A stretch of DNA of 64,000 nt from Gammaproteobacteria bacterium (GTDB taxonomy: Bacteria; Pseudomonadota; Gammaproteobacteria; JABABF01). The position numbers and the translations under genes are program-made. The DNA is taken from positions 896,001 to 960,000 of the forward strand of contig OZ250153.1 in assembly GCA_965237805.1 (NCBI GenBank), read 5' to 3'. Of the stretch, positions 22,089 through 30,977 are shown one piece after another (within the stretch, counting starts at the first letter, position 1; every line of letters begins with the position of its first letter). The notes under the pieces were generated by a model. That model was not told where the DNA came from. It made no database searches and saw only the letters and a list, made by a program, of their open reading frames with translations.

Positions 22089-23168
22089 ATGAACAACCCC
22101 AAAGATGCCACCCACGCGCTGCTGAAAGCCCTCGCCGACGGCATCCAGAAAATCGAGGACACCCCCGGCATGGATGACATCGACAACTCCGTGGCCTACA
22201 GCAACCTGATGGATCTCACCAGCTTCGGCCTTGAGGGCTATGTGCAAAATGACCCGGGCCAGCCGCGCTGGGTGGACATCTTGGCTGGCCCGCGCAAGAT
22301 CGGCGGCGACAACCAGCACGCCCGCTACTTCTTCGCTCCGCTCTCCCCCAAGCACCGCTACCGCATCCGCGGCAAGCTGCAGGGAGCAATCTACTTGGGC
22401 TTCACTGTCTACGGCTGCGAGGCAGACGAGGAACATATGCACATCGTCACCAACACCAACAGCAGCGAGATCACAATGCGTCCGGACGGCAGTTTCGAGC
22501 TGGAGCTGTCGGCAGCTAAAAACGGCGGGGTCAACCACATCCACTTGAAGCCCGAAACCAATTCGATCATCCTGCGCCAGTACTTCGGTGCCCCGGCGCT
22601 GACACAGGGGCACCACTTCGAAATCGAAGCGCTGGATGGCCCGGCGCCCAGCGGGGTCAACAGTAGCGCGGAGATCGCCCGGCGCATCGCGCAGACGGCA
22701 GCCTTCCTGCGCGGCTGGGTGAATATGACACCGATGCCGTGGCCCGAGGACGATGCGGCTTGGAACCAAGTCTGCAACCCCTTCCACACTGGCGAGTCCA
22801 CTGGCCATTGGTCCACCCCCGACAACATCCATGCCTTCGGCCACTTCCGGCTGGCTGAGGACGAAGCGCTGGTGCTGCGCGGCACAGCAGTGCCCTGCAC
22901 CTACTGGAGCTGCCATCTGTGGAACATCAGCATGCAGACCTTCGACTTCGACAACTTCCGCTGTGCGCAGCTGGGGCACTCTCTGCCGCTGACTGAGGAC
23001 AGCGGCTGGCGCATCGTCATCGCCCGCGGCGCACCGCGCGGCCCGGGCTGGCTGGACACCGCTGGGCACCACCGCGGCTTTATCTATTTCCGCTGGCTGG
23101 AGACGCGCCAGCAGCTGCCGGGACCGATACAAGCTGAGCTGGTCAAGACCGACACCGTCCCAGACTAG
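22089..23168 (+). CDS. DUF1214 domain protein
   Basis: KIGGDN, YRIRG, DGSFEL, EDEALV, YWSCHLWN, GWLDTAGHHRG-x-x-x-FRW; paralog of 60414-61547. Confidence 0.8.
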   Translation: MNNPKDATHALLKALADGIQKIEDTPGMDDIDNSVAYSNLMDLTSFGLEGYVQNDPGQPRWVDILAGPRKIGGDNQHARYFFAPLSPKHRYRIRGKLQGAIYLGFTVYGCEADEEHMHIVTNTNSSEITMRPDGSFELELSAAKNGGVNHIHLKPETNSIILRQYFGAPALTQGHHFEIEALDGPAPSGVNSSAEIARRIAQTAAFLRGWVNMTPMPWPEDDAAWNQVCNPFHTGESTGHWSTPDNIHAFGHFRLAEDEALVLRGTAVPCTYWSCHLWNISMQTFDFDNFRCAQLGHSLPLTEDSGWRIVIARGAPRGPGWLDTAGHHRGFIYFRWLETRQQLPGPIQAELVKTDTVPD

Positions 23169-23171
23169 GCG

Positions 23172-24372
23172 ATGGCAATCTACCCGCCGCCGGAGGCTTG
23201 TCCGGCGTCTGAACTACTTGGGGCTTGGCATCGGTGGTGCCAGCAGCTGGTGCCAGCTTTTGAGGCCGAGGAGCTGCTGGAACGTGCGCGCGAATCCACC
23301 GGTCTCAAGGACTTTGGCACCGACACTTGGCGCGAGCCTTGCGAGCGGCTGTTGCCCGCGCTGGATGACGAGGCGCGGCTGAACACGCTGGGGCGGGTGA
23401 TGAGCCGGCCGAGCTGATCCGCATCCTGCGCACGCGGCTGTTGCTGGAGGAATGCCACCGCCGCCATCCAGAGCGCACTGGCCAAGCGATGCCCAAGCCG
23501 GTATTCATCACTGGCTCCGGGCGCACCGGTACGACCATCCTACTGGAACTACTGGCGCTGGATCCACGCCTGCGTGCGCCGCTGGCTTGGGAGGCCATCC
23601 ACCCGCCACCTTGGGCCGGCGACGAGGCTCTGCCCGGGCGCGAGCTGCTGGCCGAATGCGAGCAGGGCAGCTGGGCGGACATCATGCCAAAATTCGATGC
23701 CGTCCACGAATTGCGCGCGGCACTGCCGGTGGAATGCATCACGGCGATGGCCTGCGAGTTCAGCACCGGACACTGGATGACCGTGACCAATGTCATGGAA
23801 TTCGCCGCTTGGCGGGCAACTGAAACCGACCCGTTGCCAGCCCACACCTGCCACAAGCGGTTTTTCCAAGCACTGGCCGCGCCGGGGGATGGACAGCGCT
23901 AGCTATTCAAGTCACCGGGGCATCTGGCAGGCTTGGTGCCGCTGTTCGCGACCTATCCCGACGCGACTGTGATCCACACCCACCGCGAGCACGACGACGC
24001 ACAGCCAAGCGCTGCGCAGTGACCACCATGAAAAGCGCGAGCGCGGGCCGATCATCGCTTTCAGCTAGCAGATGATGGCAGAGACGATCATCCGCCAGCG
24101 CGAAGCGGAGGAATTGCCGAACGCACAGTTCGCAGACCTCCTATTCTCCGATTTCATGCGCGGCCCGGTGGCGGTGATCGCGGCGCTCTATCCGACGATG
24201 GAGCTGGAATTCCGCGACGAGGATGCCGGGCGCATCCACGCCTATTTGGCGGCCAAACCACAGGGCAAACACGGCGTGCATCGCTACGCTAGAGGAGTAC
24301 GGGCTGGATGCGGAGGAGTTGCGGGAGCAATTTGCCCCGTACTGCGAGTATTATGGAGTGGTGGCAGAGTGA
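23172..24372 (+). pseudogene. Sulfotransferase pseudogene
   Basis: Collinear fragments in different frames: TGLKDFG...EARLN; FITGSGRTGTTIL; R*LFKSPGHL (TAG replaces Trp at 23900-23902); HTHR; KPQGKHGVHRY; LEEYGLDAEELREQF. Confidence 0.85.
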
Positions 24373-24480
24373 TTGGACGTGGCAACTGCCCCGGTCTAGC
24401 CAAGAAAATGAATCCCGATGTCAGCAAGCCGCTCAGCAGCGTCGCGCCAAGCTGTCGGGTCACGCTTGATCAAAGAGGAA

Positions 24481-25467
24481 ATGACTATGTTCAGTATTGA
24501 ATTCCTAGAGCAATTGCCAAGGGATCCGTTGACGAGAATCAACCAGCTATGCGAAAAATTGGCACCGGATGTGGTGCAGGCGAAGCGGCTCTGGCTAGCT
24601 CGCAACGCTGTACTGTTGGTCTTGACCAGTCTGTCAGCGTTCCTTGTCATCCGGATTGGCATTGCGTTTAGCGGCAGCATCTATTCGCTTTTTACCGAAG
24701 CGCGTGGCATCGGGGCCTTGCTGGCCTTGACCGCGTTCTGCATCCCGTTTTTTTTCGTGATCAGAGAATTCAAAGGCCACTTGGAAAGGATTTACAAAGA
24801 CATCATCTTGGATCTGGATACCATCCGGCTGTACGTGAAAAATTGCTCTGAGACAGTGGATTTGTTTCTGGTAAAAACAAATCTGTTTGTCATGGTGGAT
24901 TCTGATCTGGATCTAAAACACCGCCAATCTGCCAAGAACAAGCTGATGTACGACATCAGCACGGATATGCGCACGGTCTGCGCCGCCATCAACGAAATTG
25001 ACTACAATCGCATACGGCGTAAAAACCAAGAGGAAATCCAAGCGCGACTGGATGCTGAAGAGCCCTATGAATATATGCCCCAAGCACCGTATGAGCTGAC
25101 GGATGCTGAATTGCAACGGGTGCAGGATCTGATACAGGAATTGAAGACGTCGATCCGCAATAGTGGGGAATTGACTGAAAGTCATAAGGATCGCTTGCTG
25201 AGCCGCTTGGATGCACTGCAGCAACGAGTCAATAAAAAGATGTCTTCTTTAGACAAAGTGTTTGCCCTGATCGGGACGGCGGGAATCACCCTCGGCAAGT
25301 TGGGACCGGAGGTGAAACCACTGGTCGATTCCTTCAGGGAGCTGGCGGATGTGTTCAGAGCTGTCGGCGCACGTGGCGATAGCGGGCGTGATGCCAACAC
25401 ACTGCTCACAGGGCCAGACTCGGATCCTGTGCCACTGATGCCGCAGGATGAACCCGCCAAGATCTGA
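24481..25467 (+). CDS. Hypothetical membrane protein (two TM helices, helical C-terminal domain)
   Basis: Long ORF with AGAGGAA RBS, lower GC than flanks, two hydrophobic segments near the N-terminus. Confidence 0.75.
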   Translation: MTMFSIEFLEQLPRDPLTRINQLCEKLAPDVVQAKRLWLARNAVLLVLTSLSAFLVIRIGIAFSGSIYSLFTEARGIGALLALTAFCIPFFFVIREFKGHLERIYKDIILDLDTIRLYVKNCSETVDLFLVKTNLFVMVDSDLDLKHRQSAKNKLMYDISTDMRTVCAAINEIDYNRIRRKNQEEIQARLDAEEPYEYMPQAPYELTDAELQRVQDLIQELKTSIRNSGELTESHKDRLLSRLDALQQRVNKKMSSLDKVFALIGTAGITLGKLGPEVKPLVDSFRELADVFRAVGARGDSGRDANTLLTGPDSDPVPLMPQDEPAKI

Positions 25468-25531
25468 AGTGGCCGAGCTGCTGGGCTGATTCCGCCACCC
25501 ATCCCTCACCGGGGGCGACCCCCACAGCCCC

Positions 25532-26248
25532 ATGTCCGACTCCCGAAACGCTGGTGCCAACCCTTTCCCCCGCGGTGCTGCTCGCTTTCTGATCAGCGCC
25601 GCTACCCCGACGCAATGGCCAGCCGACGAGGGTGCCGAGACGGTGTTCATCGGGCGCTCCAATGCCGGCAAGTCCAGCGTGCTCAACGCGCTTTGCGGCA
25701 TCGGCAGCTTGGCCCGCACCAGCCGCTCGCCGGGACGCACCCGACTGTTCAACTTCTTTGCCTTGGATGATGCCGCCACCCGGCGACTGGTGGATGTGCC
25801 GGGTTATGGCTTCGCCCGCGCCAGCATCGCCGAGCGCCGTCGTTGGCGACTGAACTTAGAGCGCTTCTTGGCACAGCGCCGCAGCCTGCGCGGCGTCGTG
25901 CTAATCATGGATGCCCGCCACCCGTTGCAGCGTAGCGACTGGGAACTGCTCGCCACCGCCCATACCACCGACCATCCGGTGCATGTGCTACTCAACAAGG
26001 CCGATAAATTGTCGCGTAGCAAGGCGATGCACAGCCTGCACGAGGTGCAGCGGCAACTGGAAAGCGCCCCCGAGTCGGAGCCAGATGATGGCGCATATCG
26101 GAGCGCCTCGGCGACTGGCGACGGGTCACCACCCCCGGCAGCACAGGCCCCCCCGCCGCTCAGCCTGCAACTGTTCTCTGCACTCAAGGGCGATGGCGTG
26201 GACGATGCCCGCGCGTGCATTGCCAGCTGGCTAGCTGACCACCGCTGA
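25532..26248 (+). CDS. engB: Ribosome biogenesis GTPase EngB/YihA/YsxC
   Basis: GRSNAGKSS, ARTSRSPGRT, LVDVPGYG, NKADK. Confidence 0.93.
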   Translation: MSDSRNAGANPFPRGAARFLISAATPTQWPADEGAETVFIGRSNAGKSSVLNALCGIGSLARTSRSPGRTRLFNFFALDDAATRRLVDVPGYGFARASIAERRRWRLNLERFLAQRRSLRGVVLIMDARHPLQRSDWELLATAHTTDHPVHVLLNKADKLSRSKAMHSLHEVQRQLESAPESEPDDGAYRSASATGDGSPPPAAQAPPPLSLQLFSALKGDGVDDARACIASWLADHR

Positions 26249-26265
26249 GCGGTGCCTGACCCGGC

Positions 26266-27240
26266 CTAGCGGGCACCCTCTCCCACCGCCCCTCGCAGCT
26301 CAAAGGCGAGCAGGGCTGGCAACACTTGGTGGCGTTGCTGGCTGAGCAGCACCACATGGTCACTGCCCGGCAGCTGTAGCCATTGTTGCTCACCTCGGAA
26401 CTGCATGACCCCCGCAGCAGCGGCAAAGGATGCGGTACCGTCACCCTCGGCGTGGGCGGCGAATACCCGTGCGTGGATTGCGCGCAGGCGCTCCGGGGCG
26501 ATGGCATTGTGGATCCAGTCCAGCGAGTCGGCCACTGGCTGCCACGGAAAGTTCAGGTAGCGGATGCGCGGCAGACTGTCGCCGGGATAGTGCAAAGCTG
26601 CTACGCTCGTCTTCTCATAGTGCAACAGGGATCCCAAGCGCTGTAGTAGCCACTCGGCCTTGATGCCGTGGATGGAGGGGGCACGGAAGTAGGGGTTCAT
26701 CAAGTAGATGGTCCGCAACCGTTGCTCCGCCCGGTAGTGATATCCCAAGCCCACGCTGATGGTGGCACCGAATGAGGAGCCGACGAGGTTGAGGCTCTGG
26801 CAGGAAGCTAGCAGCTCCTCGCTACGCGCCAGCGCTTGGGCGAACCAGTCCTCTATGTCCAAGCCGAGTAGCTCCCCCGGCTGGCGGCCATGCCCGGCGA
26901 GTAGCGGAGCCTCAATGTGCTGGCCGGTCTGCGCCGACAGCCACTCGCCCAGTGCGCGCATGGCCTGCGGCGAGGAGGCGTAGCCGTGTAGCAGCAGCCA
27001 GCAACGCTCGCGCCCACCCTCGAAAACGAAGGGCTGGGCACCTTCGATCAGGCCATCCGACCGATACTGCCAGTGGGCGAGGTCGCGTGCGTCGATAGCG
27101 GCGCGGGAGAAAATGCCAGTGTGCTGGTGCAGTTGGAATAGGAGGCCACCGCAGAGAGCTACCAGCGCGGCTAGCCAGAGGGGCCCTCTCATGGTCGGCA
27201 ACGCGGAAACACTGTACTCAGCCCGGCGGCCACGCCGCAT
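26266..27240 (-). CDS. Alpha/beta hydrolase (carboxylesterase-like), membrane-anchored
   Basis: LLHGYASSP, PLLAGHG, GSSFG nucleophile elbow, SDHVV. Start may be MRGPLW. Confidence 0.8.
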   Translation of the reverse strand: MRRGRRAEYSVSALPTMRGPLWLAALVALCGGLLFQLHQHTGIFSRAAIDARDLAHWQYRSDGLIEGAQPFVFEGGRERCWLLLHGYASSPQAMRALGEWLSAQTGQHIEAPLLAGHGRQPGELLGLDIEDWFAQALARSEELLASCQSLNLVGSSFGATISVGLGYHYRAEQRLRTIYLMNPYFRAPSIHGIKAEWLLQRLGSLLHYEKTSVAALHYPGDSLPRIRYLNFPWQPVADSLDWIHNAIAPERLRAIHARVFAAHAEGDGTASFAAAAGVMQFRGEQQWLQLPGSDHVVLLSQQRHQVLPALLAFELRGAVGEGAR

Positions 27241-27249
27241 CGCTCCCGC

Positions 27250-27930
27250 TCAGCCCAAGGCCCCGTCGGCAAGGTGTCGACGCACGGCGCGGTAGGCGCG
27301 CTCCAAGCGCTCGGCCTCCACTGGTGGCTTGAGATAGGCACGCAGCTGGCCGTCCGGGGAGATAACGAAGACATTGGCACCGTGGTCGAATCGCTCGCCG
27401 CCATCCCCCGCACGCTGCACCGGCACACCGAGCCCGGCGGCCAAGCCGCGCAGCGCCACCGACGGGCCGCTCAGCGCTGTCATGTCGGCACGCCCGACGC
27501 GGCGCAGGAAGTCTGCCAAGCGCTGTGGCGTGTCGCGCACCGGATCGATGCTGATGAACAACAAGCGCAAATCATCGCCCCACTGGCGGCCCTCCAGCGC
27601 CGTGCCGAAACGAGCCATCTCAGCCACCGTCAGCGGGCACACATCGGGGCAGTGACTAAAGCCGAAGAAGGCCAGCGTCCACCCCCCACGCAGCCTTCCG
27701 GCGTCGAAGGGGATACCGTGCTGGTCGACGAGGCCATGGGGCAGCGGCACGGCTCGCGCCGCGGGCAACAGCACGATACCCAGCTGTTGCAACCGCACCA
27801 CCGGCTCCGGACGCAGGAAACGCGCGGTCGCCAGCGCCACCGCCAACATCGCGATGCCGAGTAGCGCCACCACCACCAAGCCGTGGCGGCGGCGCGGCAC
27901 GGCGCGCTCCGACATATCAGCCAAACTCAT
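27250..27930 (-). CDS. SCO1/SenC family copper chaperone
   Basis: FFGFSHCPDVCP, ISIDPVRDT, FDHG; ATGA overlap with cyoE. Confidence 0.92.
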   Translation of the reverse strand: MSLADMSERAVPRRRHGLVVVALLGIAMLAVALATARFLRPEPVVRLQQLGIVLLPAARAVPLPHGLVDQHGIPFDAGRLRGGWTLAFFGFSHCPDVCPLTVAEMARFGTALEGRQWGDDLRLLFISIDPVRDTPQRLADFLRRVGRADMTALSGPSVALRGLAAGLGVPVQRAGDGGERFDHGANVFVISPDGQLRAYLKPPVEAERLERAYRAVRRHLADGALG

Positions 27931-28868
27931 AGCGTCTGTGGAGCCAACAACAACGGTTGGCTGGGCGGCAACAAGTAGTGATCTGCCAGTATGGCAGCGA
28001 ACAGCAACCCCAGATAAAGGATGGAATAGTTGAAATTCCAACGCGCCGTGCGACGGTCTCTACGGCGCATCAGCGCCAGCGCCAAGCCGAAATAGACCGC
28101 ACCCAACGGTAGCGCGGCCAGCAGGTACAACCCGCCGCTCTGGCCGACGACGAAGGGCAACAGGCTCACCGCCCACAGTAGCAGGGTATAGAGCAAAATG
28201 TGCAAGCGGGTATAGGCCTCCCCGTGGGTCACTGGCAACATCGGCACCCCGGCGCGGGCGTAATCCTCGCGCCTATCCAGTGCCAGCGCCCAGAAATGCG
28301 GCGGCGTCCAAGCGAAGATGATCAACACCAACAGCAACGCATAGGGGTGCACCGAGCCAGTGACGGCAGTCCAGCCCAGCAGCGGCGGCACGGCACCGAA
28401 AAGGCCTCCGATGACGATATTCTGCGATGTGACGTGCTTGAGCCAAGTGGTGTAGACGACGGCGTAGCCGAGCAATGCCACCAGCGTCAGCGCGGCGCTC
28501 AGAGGATTGGCGAAGACCAGCAGCAAGCCCGTACCAGCGGCGACCAGCAAAGCAGCAAAGCGAAGCGCCGCAACGGTCGACAAGCGCTGCTGTGGCAACG
28601 GTCGCCCTTGGGTACGCGCCATCTTGGCATCAATGCGGCGGTCGAACACATGGTTGAGGGTGGCGGCGGCAGCGGCGCACAGCGCGATGCCGAGGTTGGC
28701 AAAAAGCAGTATCGCCAGCGGCGGGAAAGTCGGCAAGGCAAGGCACATGCCGATGATTGAGGTGAGGATCATCAGCGCCACCACCCTTGGCTTACACAGC
28801 GCCAAGTAGTCGCGCCACAGCGGTGGCGACGGGGCGCTTGGCAACTCGACGGCGGCGGAAGTGGTCAT
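27927..28868 (-). CDS. cyoE: Protoheme IX farnesyltransferase (heme O synthase)
   Basis: LCKPRV, DRRIDAKMARTQGRPLP, NIVIGG, WTPPHFWALAL, DYARAGVPMLPV. Confidence 0.96.
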   Translation of the reverse strand: MTTSAAVELPSAPSPPLWRDYLALCKPRVVALMILTSIIGMCLALPTFPPLAILLFANLGIALCAAAAATLNHVFDRRIDAKMARTQGRPLPQQRLSTVAALRFAALLVAAGTGLLLVFANPLSAALTLVALLGYAVVYTTWLKHVTSQNIVIGGLFGAVPPLLGWTAVTGSVHPYALLLVLIIFAWTPPHFWALALDRREDYARAGVPMLPVTHGEAYTRLHILLYTLLLWAVSLLPFVVGQSGGLYLLAALPLGAVYFGLALALMRRRDRRTARWNFNYSILYLGLLFAAILADHYLLPPSQPLLLAPQTL

Positions 28869-29016
28869 GGGGGACTCGGCACTGCACGCGGTGGCAGGGC
28901 GGGCTGCCGTGCGGTAGCCTTGGATGCTGCTGGGGGATTATACGAGAGGCAGCTGCGGGGGCAAGGTATTGCGCATAGCGGCAAAAGTGCACAGATTGGC
29001 AGACATCGCCTGCCCC

Positions 29017-29120
29017 GCCGCTTTATAGCGCCCTTGCGCGTGCCTCCTCGTACAAAACAAAATCCTGATGGTAGATCTTTTGAATCCTTGCCCGGACTTG
29101 CGGGTCGTTTTCCACATAAT
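29017..29120. repeat. Direct repeat copy 1 (3' end of the chimeric gene)
   Basis: gccgcttt.tagcgcccttg.g.gtgcctcctcgtacaaaacaaaatcctgatggt...cttttgaatccttgccc.gacttgcgggtcgttt matches 30874-30977. Confidence 0.9.
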
Positions 29121-30816
29121 CTCGCAGCGTGGAATATTGGAGCTGTGTGACTGTCAGTGGGGCTGGTTTGAACCCCATAAAGATGTTGTGTATTACCCCA
29201 ACCAGTCGACGTGGATGTGTCAAAAAATAATATATCCGACGCATCGTTCGAAGACCAAGGTGGAAGAAATCGAGCAAGGCTAGGTTGCTAGCACTTGTTG
29301 AGTGGATTCTGAACAGAGAATCATGTCTAAACTCAGCATTAAATCCAAGGATTTTGTTTAGTTTGTCAATGCCGGATTCAATACTTTCCTGTAAAAGCAC
29401 ATAGTCAATGTCACTGAGTGTCAATCCCTTACTTGACAAAAACTCATGCTGTGGGAATATATGCACATTATAAAATCGTCCTTCTATATAATCCAAAAAT
29501 AGGTTGAAACTATTTTTGACATCAACGCTTAAAACTTCATGCCACTTGGTTTGTATGGTTTCAGCAGAGCAGATGTCATATCTGTGCGTCTTGGCAAGGT
29601 GGAAGAAACCAGACACTGCCCTGTGAAATGGGTCGCGGATCACCACGATTGTACGGTGCCCATATGGCTCCACCTCTGAAAAACAAAACTCGTCCGCTAT
29701 GGTATATCCCCACATCTCAGCAAGGCTCGTCGACATATTTTTAGGGATATGGATCAATCCAAATGGTTGATTTGAGACGGTGTTGTCAAACATGCGGATT
29801 TCTTGCAAATCCACCTCCCTCCCGCCGAAGTTCTCTTTGAAATCAATCACCGGTGCTAGGGGGTTATTGCCGCTGAGTGCTTGTTTCAAATCCTTGGCCT
29901 GCGATAGCACATCGATGAGCTTGTGGCCGATGTGGCGAAAGCGTTGGATTTGCACAAGATGCCGGGATTGATCGCTCAGGCCATCGCCTAGTGGTGGGAC
30001 CTCCTGCTCAATGTAATAGTCGAGCTCGCGACGTAGAAATCCGGCACCTTCGTGATCAAAAATTCCTCGTATGCTATATTCCTCTAACCAATGGCGCACC
30101 CGGGCTGTGGAAACAGCATGTCCTAAAAGTTTCAGGCACCCACTAATGCGCTCCGCCACCTCTTTGTTTATGATGTGCTGACTGCGTTTTTGATCGTCGA
30201 CACGATGCTCTAAGTAAATGGTGGAGTGGTTGTATTGCTGGATCACAGGTTGATCTTCACGCAACATAAAACGGCGGTTTTTGTCGTTCGAAAATTTGAT
30301 ATCACCCTGCTCTGAGCTTGGCCCAACTGTTTTAAACTGTATCTCTCCAATAGGAAACCATACGATATAGTCACGGTAATACTTAATCGTTTGGATGGTG
30401 TGCCAGCTGTAGTTCCGCCAGTGGCGTTTGCTCGCTTTGTCCTCGGTGTAGTAGCGGCGGAAAAACCGACATAAGTGCCCATATATCTCGCGCTCCGCAG
30501 TGTGGGTATCCGCGCCCGCAAGCTCATGCTGTACCTGCAATGCCTGAGTCTTAGGTGATATCCCTGGATCCATCCTTGTGGGTTCAAGGCGCACAACTTC
30601 CGGATCGGGTGCTCGTTGCGCCTCGGCCTTGTCGTTGGAGTGGCATTCAGCAAGCACCCTGCGTATCTGTGGCGGCAGGCCATGTTCCAAAAATGCGTCC
30701 AGCTCTTCGCGGTGCGCGTTCATGTGCCGACAAATGCTAATGTCTACATCAACCTGACCCAGCTTAAACAGCGTTACGAGCTTGCCCTTTAGTGCGTAAA
30801 TCTTCTGCATAGCCAA
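29023..30816 (-). CDS. Chimeric protein: type III Mod-like N-terminal region fused to a Sulfotransfer_2-type domain
   Basis: N-part: LFKLGQVDVD...EREIYGHLCRFFRRYY...GFLRRELDYYIEQEV...RHIGHKLIDVLSQ. C-part: IHIPKNMSTSL, VIRDPFHRAVSGF, HIFPQ, IYHQDFVLY. No DPPY or FxGxG. AT-rich. Confidence 0.75.
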   Translation of the reverse strand: MAMQKIYALKGKLVTLFKLGQVDVDISICRHMNAHREELDAFLEHGLPPQIRRVLAECHSNDKAEAQRAPDPEVVRLEPTRMDPGISPKTQALQVQHELAGADTHTAEREIYGHLCRFFRRYYTEDKASKRHWRNYSWHTIQTIKYYRDYIVWFPIGEIQFKTVGPSSEQGDIKFSNDKNRRFMLREDQPVIQQYNHSTIYLEHRVDDQKRSQHIINKEVAERISGCLKLLGHAVSTARVRHWLEEYSIRGIFDHEGAGFLRRELDYYIEQEVPPLGDGLSDQSRHLVQIQRFRHIGHKLIDVLSQAKDLKQALSGNNPLAPVIDFKENFGGREVDLQEIRMFDNTVSNQPFGLIHIPKNMSTSLAEMWGYTIADEFCFSEVEPYGHRTIVVIRDPFHRAVSGFFHLAKTHRYDICSAETIQTKWHEVLSVDVKNSFNLFLDYIEGRFYNVHIFPQHEFLSSKGLTLSDIDYVLLQESIESGIDKLNKILGFNAEFRHDSLFRIHSTSASNLALLDFFHLGLRTMRRIYYFLTHPRRLVGVIHNIFMGFKPAPLTVTQLQYSTLRDYVENDPQVRARIQKIYHQDFVLYEEARARAL

Positions 30817-30873
30817 GTTTTTTTCATCTTAATGGCATCGCTGTTTATTAGCTTGGAAGCCAGCCGCATCACA

Positions 30874-30977
30874 GCCGCTTTCTAGCGCCCTTGTGAGTGC
30901 CTCCTCGTACAAAACAAAATCCTGATGGTGGGGCTTTTGAATCCTTGCCCTGACTTGCGGGTCGTTTCCAACATAAT
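30874..30977. repeat. Direct repeat copy 2 (3' end of the decayed paralog)
   Basis: Near-identical to 29017-29120. Confidence 0.9.

Noticed and set aside
21834-23132. Long antisense ORFs (for example 432 aa here, 332 aa off-frame within thiC)
   Set aside because: Expected in high-GC DNA opposite or overlapping well-supported genes; no motifs.
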